Source: an uncultured Clostridium sp.
Lineage (GTDB): Bacteria; Bacillota; Clostridia; Christensenellales; CAG-138
DNA: 64,000 nucleotides
Direction of reading: 5' to 3'
Assembly (NCBI GenBank): GCA_900542285.1
Contig: UQNF01000002.1
Location: forward strand, 10,376 to 74,375
A program made the position numbers and the translations under genes. The notes beneath the pieces were generated by a model. That model was not told the DNA's origin, ran no database searches, and worked only from the letters and a program-made list of their open reading frames with translations. The stretch's first letter is position 1. Each line of letters opens with the position of its first letter. Positions 10,160 to 19,051 of this stretch are shown piece by piece.

Positions 10160-11038
10160 ATGACGAAACGAATCAGAATGACCATTGCTATCGTTCTCTG
10201 CGCTGCGCTGCTCCTCGGAGCGCTGGCGGTGTATGCCGCCGACAGCTCGAAGCAGTCCGGTGCTGCCGTGCAGTCCGGCAGGGTTGATGAGACCGGAAAC
10301 CCGGCGGCAGACAGCGCAAGGGTTGACGAGAGCGAGGACCCGGCGGCAGACAGTGCAAGGGCTGACGAGAGCGAGGACTCGGCGGCAGACAGTGCAAGGG
10401 TTGACGAGAGCGTAAACGGCAATGCTTCACGCATTGACGAAGCCAAGAAATCGCTGCTTCCCGAAGGGGTGACCGAGACCCCCATACAGGACGGGATAAG
10501 CATCTATTGGATATTCAGCTGCGGCTTGTACTTTGGCTCGGCGAGTATGACTTTCGATTTGCCCGGAACTACGCTTAAAATCGAGTGCGATAACGAATAC
10601 CTGTTCGATTCGGGCATCGGAGATCTGCGCTCCTTTGAACGGAATAAGAGCGTTGTCAGGGATGGATGCAGCAACATAACAATTCGCGGAGCTTACCATG
10701 AGGAATGGGTTGGCTCCACTTGGAAAAACGGATATGACTTGGAAGCTTCCGATACAAGGGTTCGCATAACCATTATGGATGGCGACGAGATAATTGGCTA
10801 TGCGCTCTGCTGCTTCTGGAATCCGTATGGCTGCGATACTCATACGTATTATGAAAGCGGAGCCATCGTTAAAGCGGTGATGTTTGAATATGATGAGGGC
10901 TGCCGGGCAGCCATATCCCAAGAGCTTGTGGACGCGCTGCTCGATAATGCGGTAGAGGAGCTCATTACGGAAACAAATCTCACGGACATGAACACTGATG
11001 AATACCTTCTTCCTGCCGGCTCTGTAACCGGCGAATGA
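10160..11038 (+). CDS. secreted or membrane-anchored protein with acidic 13-aa tandem repeats, unknown C-terminal domain
   Basis: Start at ATG 10160 (AAAGGAGG upstream). Signal/anchor sequence MTKRIRMTIAIVLCAALLLGALAVYA, three PAADSARVDESED repeats, and a Cys-rich C-terminal domain of about 200 aa with no recognised family. Confidence 0.6.
   Translation: MTKRIRMTIAIVLCAALLLGALAVYAADSSKQSGAAVQSGRVDETGNPAADSARVDESEDPAADSARADESEDSAADSARVDESVNGNASRIDEAKKSLLPEGVTETPIQDGISIYWIFSCGLYFGSASMTFDLPGTTLKIECDNEYLFDSGIGDLRSFERNKSVVRDGCSNITIRGAYHEEWVGSTWKNGYDLEASDTRVRITIMDGDEIIGYALCCFWNPYGCDTHTYYESGAIVKAVMFEYDEGCRAAISQELVDALLDNAVEELITETNLTDMNTDEYLLPAGSVTGE
10300..10416 (+). repeat. 3 x 39-bp in-frame tandem repeat
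   Basis: Units at 10300-10338, 10339-10377 and 10378-10416 (cccggcggcagacagYgcaagggYtgacgagagcgagga), differing at a few positions. Confidence 0.9.
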
Positions 11039-11155
11039 CAGACTATTCGATAAACACACACCATCGGGGACTCACCCCGATGGTGAATTTTTTCTATTGA
11101 TTCCGTTTGGCGCATCGGATATTGCGGCGAAGCTGTGGGGCGATTCGGCAGGGTA

Positions 11156-11872
11156 TCAGCCCACGACCTTGCCAACGACGCGAAGCTCATAGCTGTATTT
11201 GACCTTGATGGGCTTATACATCGGGTTGAGGGAAACGAGTCGCACGCCGCCATCGGTCTCCAGTTTTTTGCAGTACGCTTCTCCGTTTAGCACGAATATG
11301 CCAATATCCCCGGATTTAAGCTCCGGCTGCTGGCGCACATAGACTATCTGACCGTCGGAAAACAGGGGACTCATGGAATCGCCGCTGATGCGCACGGCAA
11401 TATTGGCGGTCTCCGGCACGTTTTCATCAACATCGATGAGCGTGTAGCTGTCGCTGTCTAAGAATACGCCCGTACCTGCCGAAGCTGGCAGGTCGTAAAG
11501 GGGCATCTGCCTTGTAACGCGGATTATCTTCTGCTTGTAGGAGAATTCGGGGCTTTCGGCAAGCAGAGAGGCATATTCCTCCACACGCTCGCGCCCAAGC
11601 TTGTTGAGCTGCGCCATCGGGCCGTCCGCCGCGCCTTCCGGTGCGCTTATGCCGAGAAAGCAGGCGAGTACGTCGCGAACATCGAATATCCTGCACAGCG
11701 CAAGAAACTGTTCGGCGTTCGGCTGGCTGTCGCCGGTCTCCCATTTGCTGACGGCGCGGTTGGTTATCGGGTCGCCGCTTACGGACACGAGCTTTGCCAC
11801 ATCCCACTGGGACAGCCTGCGCGCCTTGCGAAGCTCGGCAAGCTTGCTGCCGAGATTGATTTTCTGCTCCAT
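11156..11872 (-). CDS. LexA/CI/HdiR-like repressor (XRE HTH plus S24 self-cleaving peptidase)
   Basis: N-terminal HTH (LSQWDVAKLVSVS...AVSKWETG). C-terminal S24 domain with Ser in GDSMSPLF and Lys in YCKKL. AGGAGG RBS. Divergent from dinB. Confidence 0.8.
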   Translation of the reverse strand: MEQKINLGSKLAELRKARRLSQWDVAKLVSVSGDPITNRAVSKWETGDSQPNAEQFLALCRIFDVRDVLACFLGISAPEGAADGPMAQLNKLGRERVEEYASLLAESPEFSYKQKIIRVTRQMPLYDLPASAGTGVFLDSDSYTLIDVDENVPETANIAVRISGDSMSPLFSDGQIVYVRQQPELKSGDIGIFVLNGEAYCKKLETDGGVRLVSLNPMYKPIKVKYSYELRVVGKVVG

Positions 11873-11986
11873 AGTTCCTCCTGTAATAAATTAACGCATA
11901 CAGCATTTATAGCATTACAGCTTTTTTCTCATTATACAGCATAGGATTCCCGATTGCAAGCACTTTTTTTGAAAAAAGTCTCTTAA

Positions 11987-12031
11987 AAATAGAATAATGC
12001 TATTTACATCTCTTGATAGGGGTGATATAAT
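11987..12031 (+). promoter_or_regulatory. dinB promoter (TTTACA-N17-TATAAT) with overlapping inverted repeat
   Basis: TTTACA at 12003-12008 and TATAAT at 12026-12031 with an exact 17-nt spacer. The inverted repeat AAATAG-N7-CTATTT (11987-12005) overlaps the -35 element. Confidence 0.45.
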
Positions 12032-12060
12032 TCGCTTATTAGCTCATTAGGAGAATTATG

Positions 12061-13305
12061 ATGGACAGAACGATACTCCATATAGACATGAACAACTTCT
12101 ATGCGAGCGTGGAGATCCACGATAACCCTTCGCTTGCAGGGCTTCCCGTCGCCGTTGGGGGCAGCGAAGAGGCGAGGCACGGCATAATCCTTGCCAAAAA
12201 CTATGCCGCCAAGGCGTTCGGGGTAATGACGGCCGAGCCCATTTGGGAGGCAAGGCGCAAATGCCCGAACCTGGTCATAGTGCCTCCGCATTTCGAGAGG
12301 TATGAGGAATTTATGCTCAAAAGCCGCGCGCTGCTGGCGACCTACAGCGACCGTGTGGAGCCGTTCGGCATGGATGAGGCATGGATAGATATCAGCACCT
12401 ATGCGCCGAGCGCAGAAGCAGGCAGGGAGATAGCGGACGAGATAAGAGATCGCTATCGCAGCGAACTGGGGCTTACCGCTTCCGTGGGGGTGAGCTTCAA
12501 TAAAACCTTTGCCAAGCTTGGTTCGGATATGAAAAAGCCCGACGCCACCACCGTGATAACGCCCGAAAATTTCCGAACAAGGGTCTGGTGCCTGCCGGTG
12601 GAGGATCTGCTCTTTGTCGGCAGGCGCACGCAGGAGAAGCTCAATAAGAGGGGGATAATGACGATAGGGCAGCTTGCCAACGCCGATGAAAGGCTCGTGC
12701 ATTCATGGCTGGGGCTGAGCGGAGATATGCTGAGATGCCACGCCAACGGTCTGGATTTTGACCCCGTGATGCCCCTCGGCAGCGAGGCGGCGATAAAGTC
12801 CATCGGCAACAGCAGCACGCCGCCGCGGGATATGCACGATGAAAGGGATGCGCTGTCGCTGCTTCAGGCGCTGAGCGAGACCGTTGCGGAACGCCTCCGC
12901 AGGCATGAGCTGCTAGCTTCTACCGTGGTTTTGAGCATAAGGGATACGAACCTTGTGACCTTTGAACGCCAAATGCAGCTTACAAGGCCAAGCTGTATCG
13001 CGCTGGAGCTTCGTGATGCGGCGCTGAAGCTGCTGAGAGATAACTATGCCTGGGAAAGACCCATACGCAGCCTTGGCATAAGGGGCACGGCGCTCGTGAG
13101 TGCAAACGCTCCCATGCAGCTCAGCTTCTTTTCCGATGAGGAAGAGAGGGACAAGCGGCTGACCGTGGAGCGCACCGTTGACGCTATCCGCACTAAGCAC
13201 GGGAAGGCCGCGCTTTCGCTGGCGACCGCAGCCTATATCAGGGAGCTTGGCACGCTGCCGGAGAACGATAAAAATCCGACCGCCGTGTTCAAAATGCATA
13301 TGTGA
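12061..13305 (+). CDS. dinB: DNA polymerase IV (Y-family)
   Basis: ILHIDMNNFYASVE, SVGVSFNKTFAKLGSDMKKP and the little-finger region are present. Two adjacent ATGs (12058 and 12061); the second has better RBS spacing. Confidence 0.9.
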   Translation: MDRTILHIDMNNFYASVEIHDNPSLAGLPVAVGGSEEARHGIILAKNYAAKAFGVMTAEPIWEARRKCPNLVIVPPHFERYEEFMLKSRALLATYSDRVEPFGMDEAWIDISTYAPSAEAGREIADEIRDRYRSELGLTASVGVSFNKTFAKLGSDMKKPDATTVITPENFRTRVWCLPVEDLLFVGRRTQEKLNKRGIMTIGQLANADERLVHSWLGLSGDMLRCHANGLDFDPVMPLGSEAAIKSIGNSSTPPRDMHDERDALSLLQALSETVAERLRRHELLASTVVLSIRDTNLVTFERQMQLTRPSCIALELRDAALKLLRDNYAWERPIRSLGIRGTALVSANAPMQLSFFSDEEERDKRLTVERTVDAIRTKHGKAALSLATAAYIRELGTLPENDKNPTAVFKMHM

Positions 13306-13392
13306 CAAGAAAAATTCATAATAATTCGTTGCTTGAGACAAACTAAGATGCTATAATTATACAAATAAATATACAGGATGGATGGAGAAGAA

Positions 13393-14088
13393 ATGCAATC
13401 AGTTCTTAAGAAAATCGCCATTTTCGTGCTGGCGTTGGCGCTCATCGCCGCTTTTGGCTGCAAAGGCGATACGCCTCCGATACAGACGGACGAACAGGGA
13501 ATGCAGACGACGAACACGCCGGGACAGACTGCCTCTGCGGAAGCGGAAGATCCGGATATCGGCGAGGAGGTCGCTTCGCTTTTCGGCAGCATTGAGAACA
13601 TAGAGAAGTATGACGGCGAAAATGCGGTCAGCGCTGTCGGCAGCCTTGTCATCGAAAGCGGCAGCTTCGTAATTCCCTATTGCTATGAGGGCTTGGAGGC
13701 CACGAGCGTGACCATCAGAAGCGGCAGCATTGATATCATCTCCTCCGATGACGGCATAAACGCTGCCGACGATGATGACGACAGCCGAGACCCGTTCAAG
13801 GCAAGCACCGATAACTTCGTCATTATCGACAGCGGTTCGCTCACGATCGTGTCGGAAGGCGACTGCATCGACTCCAACGGCGATATCATCGTCAACGGCG
13901 GTACGCTGCGTCTGACCTGCGGCGGCAACGGCAACACAGCGATTGACGCGAGCGGAAGCTTCACGAATAACGGCGGCGACGTAACAACAAACGACGGTTC
14001 CGAATCAGGCAATATGGGCGGCGGCATGGGTGGAGGAAAACCCGGCGGCCCGGGCGGAGGAAAACCCGGAGGCCCGGGAAGGCCGTAA
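13393..14088 (+). CDS. lipoprotein, Cthe_2159-like carbohydrate-binding beta-helix family (short form) with Gly/Pro-rich tail
   Basis: Lipobox LALALIAAFGC. Repeated SGS..I.S.DDGINA / GD.IDSNGDIIVNGG motifs. C-terminal GGGMGGGKPGGPGGGKPGGPGRP. The family assignment is from memory. Confidence 0.55.
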   Translation: MQSVLKKIAIFVLALALIAAFGCKGDTPPIQTDEQGMQTTNTPGQTASAEAEDPDIGEEVASLFGSIENIEKYDGENAVSAVGSLVIESGSFVIPYCYEGLEATSVTIRSGSIDIISSDDGINAADDDDDSRDPFKASTDNFVIIDSGSLTIVSEGDCIDSNGDIIVNGGTLRLTCGGNGNTAIDASGSFTNNGGDVTTNDGSESGNMGGGMGGGKPGGPGGGKPGGPGRP

Positions 14089-14365
14089 CGGTGAATCGGC
14101 ATGATGCGTTCATGGCATAAAGCTCGCCGAACGCATGATGAAGAAGCGGCGCAAACGCTCATAATCTTCATCAAAGATATTAATTCTTTCAATAATACTC
14201 CGGATCAAGATGACCGGAATCTCGGGCTGCGCATCTTTTGCATACTCTGCAAAGGAGAGCAGCCTTTCTTTTTCCGACCTTATTTCGGGCAGAAGTCATA
14301 TTGCTTTCCCTGTTTTTCGCCGGCCAATAAGCAGCTGCTCGGTTTCTCACAGCTCCACGGACATA

Positions 14366-16975
14366 TTAACCGAAGAAGTTAAACTCGTCCGGAGCAAAGG
14401 CGATGTCGATCCTGAACTCCTCACGCTGCGGCTTGTGAAAACCGGACTCATCTGCAATGACAAGATAGTAGCTGTCCTGCTTACTGAATTTCATGCTTTT
14501 CAGGTTAAAGCTGCAGCGGAAGGTGCGATCCTGTCCGTTATCGCTTGTTTTGTCTGCAATGATACGAGCTGTATCACTGATATGCTTGCCGCCGGCATCG
14601 GTAAAGTACAGTTGGTAATTGCAAACAGAACGATTATCTCCAACAGCTTCTTTCTGGTAGAAATTCAATGAGAAAATCATGTTGCTTATCTTTCGTGTAG
14701 CAGACAGCAAGCTGATGGAAACAGGCTTTGTATCATACTTTTCACGGTTGCGCTGATAGGTCATACTTGCGTTGCGCAGGAACTGATAGTCAATCACAGG
14801 GACGACCATTTCCTGCAGACTGATACCGCCATGCACATAGTTCAGACCTCCGCCGCTCGTTTTGATGCGAACATTTTCCCTCGGTGCAAAAGCATCAAAT
14901 CCGGATTGCTCGTCAACAAATTTTACCGGCATAAGGTAGTCCGGCTTTGCGCCTTTCTGCATGATTGCATAGCGACGTCCATACTCCACACACTGCTGAT
15001 TGAAGCCGGCCTTATCGACCTTATCGTCCTCGGTCAGCGGGCTGTAGGTGTACAGGAAACCGTGGTCAGCCGTGATAAAGATTCTGGTTCCGCCGAACTC
15101 GTTGCAGATAATGCGGACGATATTTTTTATTTCGGCAATCGCATCAGCACAGGCCGGGAACACCAGATTGTCAGCCGTATGGCTGGCTTCATCTATTTTG
15201 TCGTGGTAAATGTACACGACATCCATGCCCTTGACCAACGCCTGTCGGTCGGCACGTTTCATCTTGATAATATTCTTGTACTGCAATGCCACGCTTGCGC
15301 CATGGGCGTTTTTCAGTACCTTATCACGGTTCTGCATTTCAGTAGAAGCGCCGTCTGCAAGGACGGAAACACCGCCGGTCGTCTTTGGCACCACATTCAA
15401 TTCCCTGTGCGGAAGCAATGCAGCCATACCGAATTTAGTGATCGTCGGGAAAATGCCCTGGACGCTTTCCAATGTGACCCTGCCCTGGGTCTCACGGCGC
15501 AGCTGCTCCGTCAGGGATGCCGCAACCTCGTAGCGCAGAGCATCGGAAACGATGACATACACCTTGTTTTCGCTGGATGCCACCTTACTGCGGTAGAACG
15601 ACTCCTGCTGACCAACCTCCAAAATGCGTCCATACTTAGCAAGTTCATCGGCACAAACATCCGACCAGTTGCTGCTCAGCTGCGTCAGGAACCGGCCGTT
15701 ATACAGCCCTTCCACCTTTTCAACAACATGCTTGAACAGATCGTCAAGCACTTCATTGGAGACGGTCAGGCTGTTATCAAAGCACAAATGGAACTGTCGA
15801 TAATAGGTATCCATCTTGAAGTAGTCAGTTGTGTAGGCTTTCCAAATCTGACGTGCCTGCGCAAGGTGGAATCCGGATGCGTGTTCCTGTAAGAATGCCT
15901 GCATATTGGCCACCTGCAGGAGACCTTCATAATAGCAGGACACCGGAGCGTACCATGCCATGGTTCGACGCTTTTCTACAACAGAGCTGATGGTATCCAC
16001 ATTGATGATGTAATCGCTGATCTCTTTCATCAAAATTTTTAGGATACATTCGTTGATGCAAGGGAAACACTCGGTATCGACCAAATCTTCCGCATTCAGC
16101 TTCATAAACCTTGCGCTCAGCCTTGCTTCATCCTCTACGAAACGGGCAATATGGTAAAGCCCGTCAGGATCGGCCTGAAGCCACTCTGAAACCATATCAT
16201 AGCAATATGACTGATGGGGAGCGGAAATAAAGCTGTCCAATCCTGCCAGATATTCCGGGCGCATGGTTCTGGTAGCGGCGGTCAGCAGAATATGGGCGGC
16301 AAGGCGCCCCAGATCCATGTCATCCCCTTCAGAATAGCCGGTAGCCTGGGCAACCATCACCCAAAACGGATTCTGAGCGCCATACTTCACCAAATCCTGA
16401 TAAATGGTATTGGCGTCCATATCCGGAGACTGCGAAAGCACTGTACGGATAATGCCGGAAGGCTGTGCTTCCTTTATGCCGCATATAGAAGCCATGACCG
16501 CCATATGCAGCTGTGAAGCCGTGGCAATATTCTTTGCCATTGCGGCAACGTTTTTGCGGCGCTCGATATTGTTGAAGAACTTTTGATACCCCTTCACCAC
16601 CCGGCGCACAGTGGCATTGTTCGGCAAGCCCATCTCGTCCATCCGGATGGAGTTGAGATCCGCGCGAAATTCCTCGCTGTAAAGCTCGATGTTGATAAGC
16701 CAGTTGTCATCCGGCTTTTCATAGCGCAGCGGACAATACACAAGATAATTGCTCGTTGTATCGTCCACGGCAAGAAGCTTTTTAGCTTCAAAGTTATTGC
16801 ATCCGGTCAGCACAAGCACCTTGGCATTATCCGGAGCCAGCTCTTCGACCTTATCTTCAAATTCTCTGTCCTCGTCATACCAGAAGATGATACGGCGCTT
16901 ATAGAACTCAGGCAGAGGAGCTGCAAAGCGCTTGTTCAGATCATGTACTATTTTTTGCAAGTCAATACTAGCCAT
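14366..16975 (-). CDS. pglZ: BREX type 1 alkaline-phosphatase-like protein PglZ (full length)
   Basis: 869 aa. The N-terminal block RRIIFWYDEDREFE...NNFEAKKLL...YLVYCP...DNWLINIELYSEEFRADL and the PglZ domain (VYVIVSDALRYEV, FITADHGFLY) match BREX PglZ. Confidence 0.9.
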   Translation of the reverse strand: MASIDLQKIVHDLNKRFAAPLPEFYKRRIIFWYDEDREFEDKVEELAPDNAKVLVLTGCNNFEAKKLLAVDDTTSNYLVYCPLRYEKPDDNWLINIELYSEEFRADLNSIRMDEMGLPNNATVRRVVKGYQKFFNNIERRKNVAAMAKNIATASQLHMAVMASICGIKEAQPSGIIRTVLSQSPDMDANTIYQDLVKYGAQNPFWVMVAQATGYSEGDDMDLGRLAAHILLTAATRTMRPEYLAGLDSFISAPHQSYCYDMVSEWLQADPDGLYHIARFVEDEARLSARFMKLNAEDLVDTECFPCINECILKILMKEISDYIINVDTISSVVEKRRTMAWYAPVSCYYEGLLQVANMQAFLQEHASGFHLAQARQIWKAYTTDYFKMDTYYRQFHLCFDNSLTVSNEVLDDLFKHVVEKVEGLYNGRFLTQLSSNWSDVCADELAKYGRILEVGQQESFYRSKVASSENKVYVIVSDALRYEVAASLTEQLRRETQGRVTLESVQGIFPTITKFGMAALLPHRELNVVPKTTGGVSVLADGASTEMQNRDKVLKNAHGASVALQYKNIIKMKRADRQALVKGMDVVYIYHDKIDEASHTADNLVFPACADAIAEIKNIVRIICNEFGGTRIFITADHGFLYTYSPLTEDDKVDKAGFNQQCVEYGRRYAIMQKGAKPDYLMPVKFVDEQSGFDAFAPRENVRIKTSGGGLNYVHGGISLQEMVVPVIDYQFLRNASMTYQRNREKYDTKPVSISLLSATRKISNMIFSLNFYQKEAVGDNRSVCNYQLYFTDAGGKHISDTARIIADKTSDNGQDRTFRCSFNLKSMKFSKQDSYYLVIADESGFHKPQREEFRIDIAFAPDEFNFFG

Positions 16976-16987
16976 ACGGCCTCCTCC

Positions 16988-18131
16988 TTATTTTATCTTC
17001 GCCAGGACATCCTTGAAGATCTCGTAATTATTCTTCACGCCGTCATCAAGGTCGATAGCAATGTACCGGTCCGCCAGATGATGAATCTTTTCTTCATAGC
17101 CATGGATTTCCGCAGCCTGCTCCTGCAGGGTCTTGAGACGCTTGCTCAGCTTCACACGCTCACCGGTGGACGCAGAAGCAATACGCTGCTCCAGATCCGC
17201 AATGGCGGTGCGATAACGTGCCTGCTGTTCATGCACATAGTCGGTGCGCATTCTGGCAATGGTATCCGGCTGATAACGGTGCATATAGACCAGCGCTCTG
17301 AATCCGCCTTTCTTACCGGAGTCAAACAGCCAGTAAATCGGGCGCTTTTGATAAATTTTGCAATGGTCATTGAAGAAGTCGTTCATGAAATAGCTGCGAA
17401 TGACATCCTTGGGCTGACCTTTGCCGCCCAGAGCATCGGCAATGAATTTCAGGTTTTCGTCCAGTGTGTCTGCACCGTAGACTGTTTCCACAAACTTCAC
17501 AAAGCGGCCAACAATATCGTCCTCAAAATATTCATCGTCGCATATCGGAATGATATTGTCCTTGTCTGCCGGGAAGGTCTTATATTTGTTAGCATCCCAC
17601 ACTCCGCCGGCATATGCAAGGCCGGCTTCATCCAAAGAGTAACGGCCAAACATACAGCCCACAGCATAGGAAATGAAGGAACGAATATCCCGGCCAAGGT
17701 CAGCTTTGCGGACGGTTACATCCTTGTCATCAACCTCCGGTGTCAACTCGTCCTGCAATCCGTAGATGTCGATGAAAATGCGGTTCAGTTCTTCCTCGTT
17801 GGCTTTGAGGCACTGAAAACGTTCCTCACAGACCATTTCCCAGTTTTTAAATGCTTGAGAGATCTTAAAACTCCACTTATTCATGTCCGTACCGTACCCG
17901 GCACCAGTTTTAATTCAATCAGCGGATGGCACTGGAAATCCCATGAGGTTTCAAAGGAATCCCAATCAAGTTTCGATACATTAAGGTTTGCATCTACAAT
18001 GTTAAGTACTCTTAAATCATCCTGATGCGGTATGGGAATATTCAGAACATCTTCTGGCGACACTCCAAGAGTTGGACTGAGCATTTCCGAGATATAGTTG
18101 CTTGGTTTGGAGTTTAGTACAGCTAAGACCT
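16988..18131 (-). pseudogene. pglX: pglX (BREX adenine methyltransferase) 3' remnant, N-terminally deleted and frameshifted
   Basis: Two fragments. Fragment 17881-18131 reads ..VLAVLNSKPSNYISEML...DWDSFETSWDFQCHPL. Fragment 16988-17884 reads NEEELNRIFIDIYGLQDEL...AVGCMFGRYSLD...RPIYWLFDSGKKGGFRALVYMHRYQPDT. No methyltransferase motifs remain, and the frames differ across 17881-17900. Confidence 0.8.
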
Positions 18132-18202
18132 TTTCCTTCAAGGAACTCCGGCTCCTGAATATGGATGCGCAGCCCGTCCAAACGCTCTTGTATGTCAGCC
18201 AT
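18122..18202 (-). pseudogene. brxB: brxB (DUF1788) 5' remnant, about 26 codons
   Basis: MADIQERLDGLRIHIQEPEFLEGKGLS resembles the conserved BrxB N-terminus (EFL...GL). Homology then stops and the PglX sequence continues in another frame. Confidence 0.55.
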
Positions 18203-18214
18203 ATTGTGCCTCCT

Positions 18215-18820
18215 TTAAGAAAAATAGTTGAACGCCGGAAGAATAACATCATCATTATTGCTTCTGATAGCGTTTTCCAGAATGGGATTAAGCCAAACCG
18301 GATTTAAGTGGTCTGCACGAATGTCATCAAGATACTCCGTCTCAACCAAAACTCGAGTGATTATTTGTTTCAGCTTTGTAATCGTAGTATCGCTCCAACC
18401 GGCAACAGCATCGTTCTGTTCCTGCAAACGCAGAAAGAATGAATTCAAGTCTATCTTACCAAACGAGGAATCCCTTAAGCGGTACTTCTCTCCGATTACT
18501 GTCAGCATAAATTCCCAGACCAGGCGGCTTTGCTTCATAAGGGCATAAAGGCAAATCTGCTTTGCGACATCCGTAGGCTGTGATGCAATCGCAGAAATCA
18601 GCGTTTCATCTCCCATCCCTTTTAGCCTTTTTACACAGGCTTTTGCCATCTTCCTGATCGACTTTTCCGTCGGATACTGAAACAGGTTGTCGGCGCAAAT
18701 CCGATCAACGATTTCTGATTCAGCCAGGCCTTCGACCATCAGTTTTGCAGTTGTTCTCATCTCATAAAACAGGAACGGCTCTCTTGTAAGTGAGGCTATA
18801 TAAGGAAACGAACTGTCCAT
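18215..18820 (-). CDS. brxA: BREX protein BrxA (DUF1819 family)
   Basis: 201 aa, first gene of the BREX array. The sequence pattern (..ADNLFQYPTEKSIRKMAKACVKRL...WSDTTITKLKQIITRVL..) fits my recollection of DUF1819, and the position directly upstream of the brxB remnant supports the call. Confidence 0.7.
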   Translation of the reverse strand: MDSSFPYIASLTREPFLFYEMRTTAKLMVEGLAESEIVDRICADNLFQYPTEKSIRKMAKACVKRLKGMGDETLISAIASQPTDVAKQICLYALMKQSRLVWEFMLTVIGEKYRLRDSSFGKIDLNSFFLRLQEQNDAVAGWSDTTITKLKQIITRVLVETEYLDDIRADHLNPVWLNPILENAIRSNNDDVILPAFNYFS

Positions 18821-18832
18821 TCCTATTCCTCC

Positions 18833-19051
18833 TTAACCGAGTACCCTTGTTTCCGGGAGGATGTCCATAATATCATCAACGCTGCAGCCAAGCGCTCTGC
18901 AAATACGGATAATTACTTCCATTGAGACGGTTTCATTTCTGGAAAGTTTCGCAAGAGTATTCGCACTTATGCCCACCTCTTTGGCAAACTCCGTCTTTTT
19001 CATTCCTTTATCAATAAGCATCTTGAATAATTTGTTATAGCTTACATCCAT
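18833..19051 (-). CDS. small XRE-family HTH regulator
   Basis: 72 aa. KKTEFAKEVGISANTLAKLSRNETVSMEVIIRICRALGCSVDDIM is a Cro/C1-type HTH. GGAGG RBS. Lies immediately upstream of brxA. Confidence 0.8.
   Translation of the reverse strand: MDVSYNKLFKMLIDKGMKKTEFAKEVGISANTLAKLSRNETVSMEVIIRICRALGCSVDDIMDILPETRVLG

Noticed and set aside
12004-12702. 232-aa minus-strand ORF opposite dinB. Similar shadow ORFs lie opposite nfnA (31058-31999), mutS2 (4026-4739, 5319-6098) and metG (60712-61374, 61537-62616).
   Set aside because: All overlap genes with strong family signatures on the other strand and lack motifs or translation signals.
14090-14365. Search for a brxL (Lon-like) remnant downstream of pglZ. 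A start-less 61-codon minus-strand frame (..EKERLLSFAEYAKDAQPEIPVILIRSIIERINIFDEDYERLRRFF..) is present.
   Set aside because: The frame has no similarity to BrxL N-terminal or Lon motifs that I can recognise, and it has no start codon or RBS. It is not reported as a feature.
14831-18025. Plus-strand ORFs of 353 aa and 480 aa overlapping pglZ and the pglX remnant.
   Set aside because: They are antisense to genes with unambiguous BREX signatures. They have no RBS and no recognisable domain, so they are treated as shadow ORFs.
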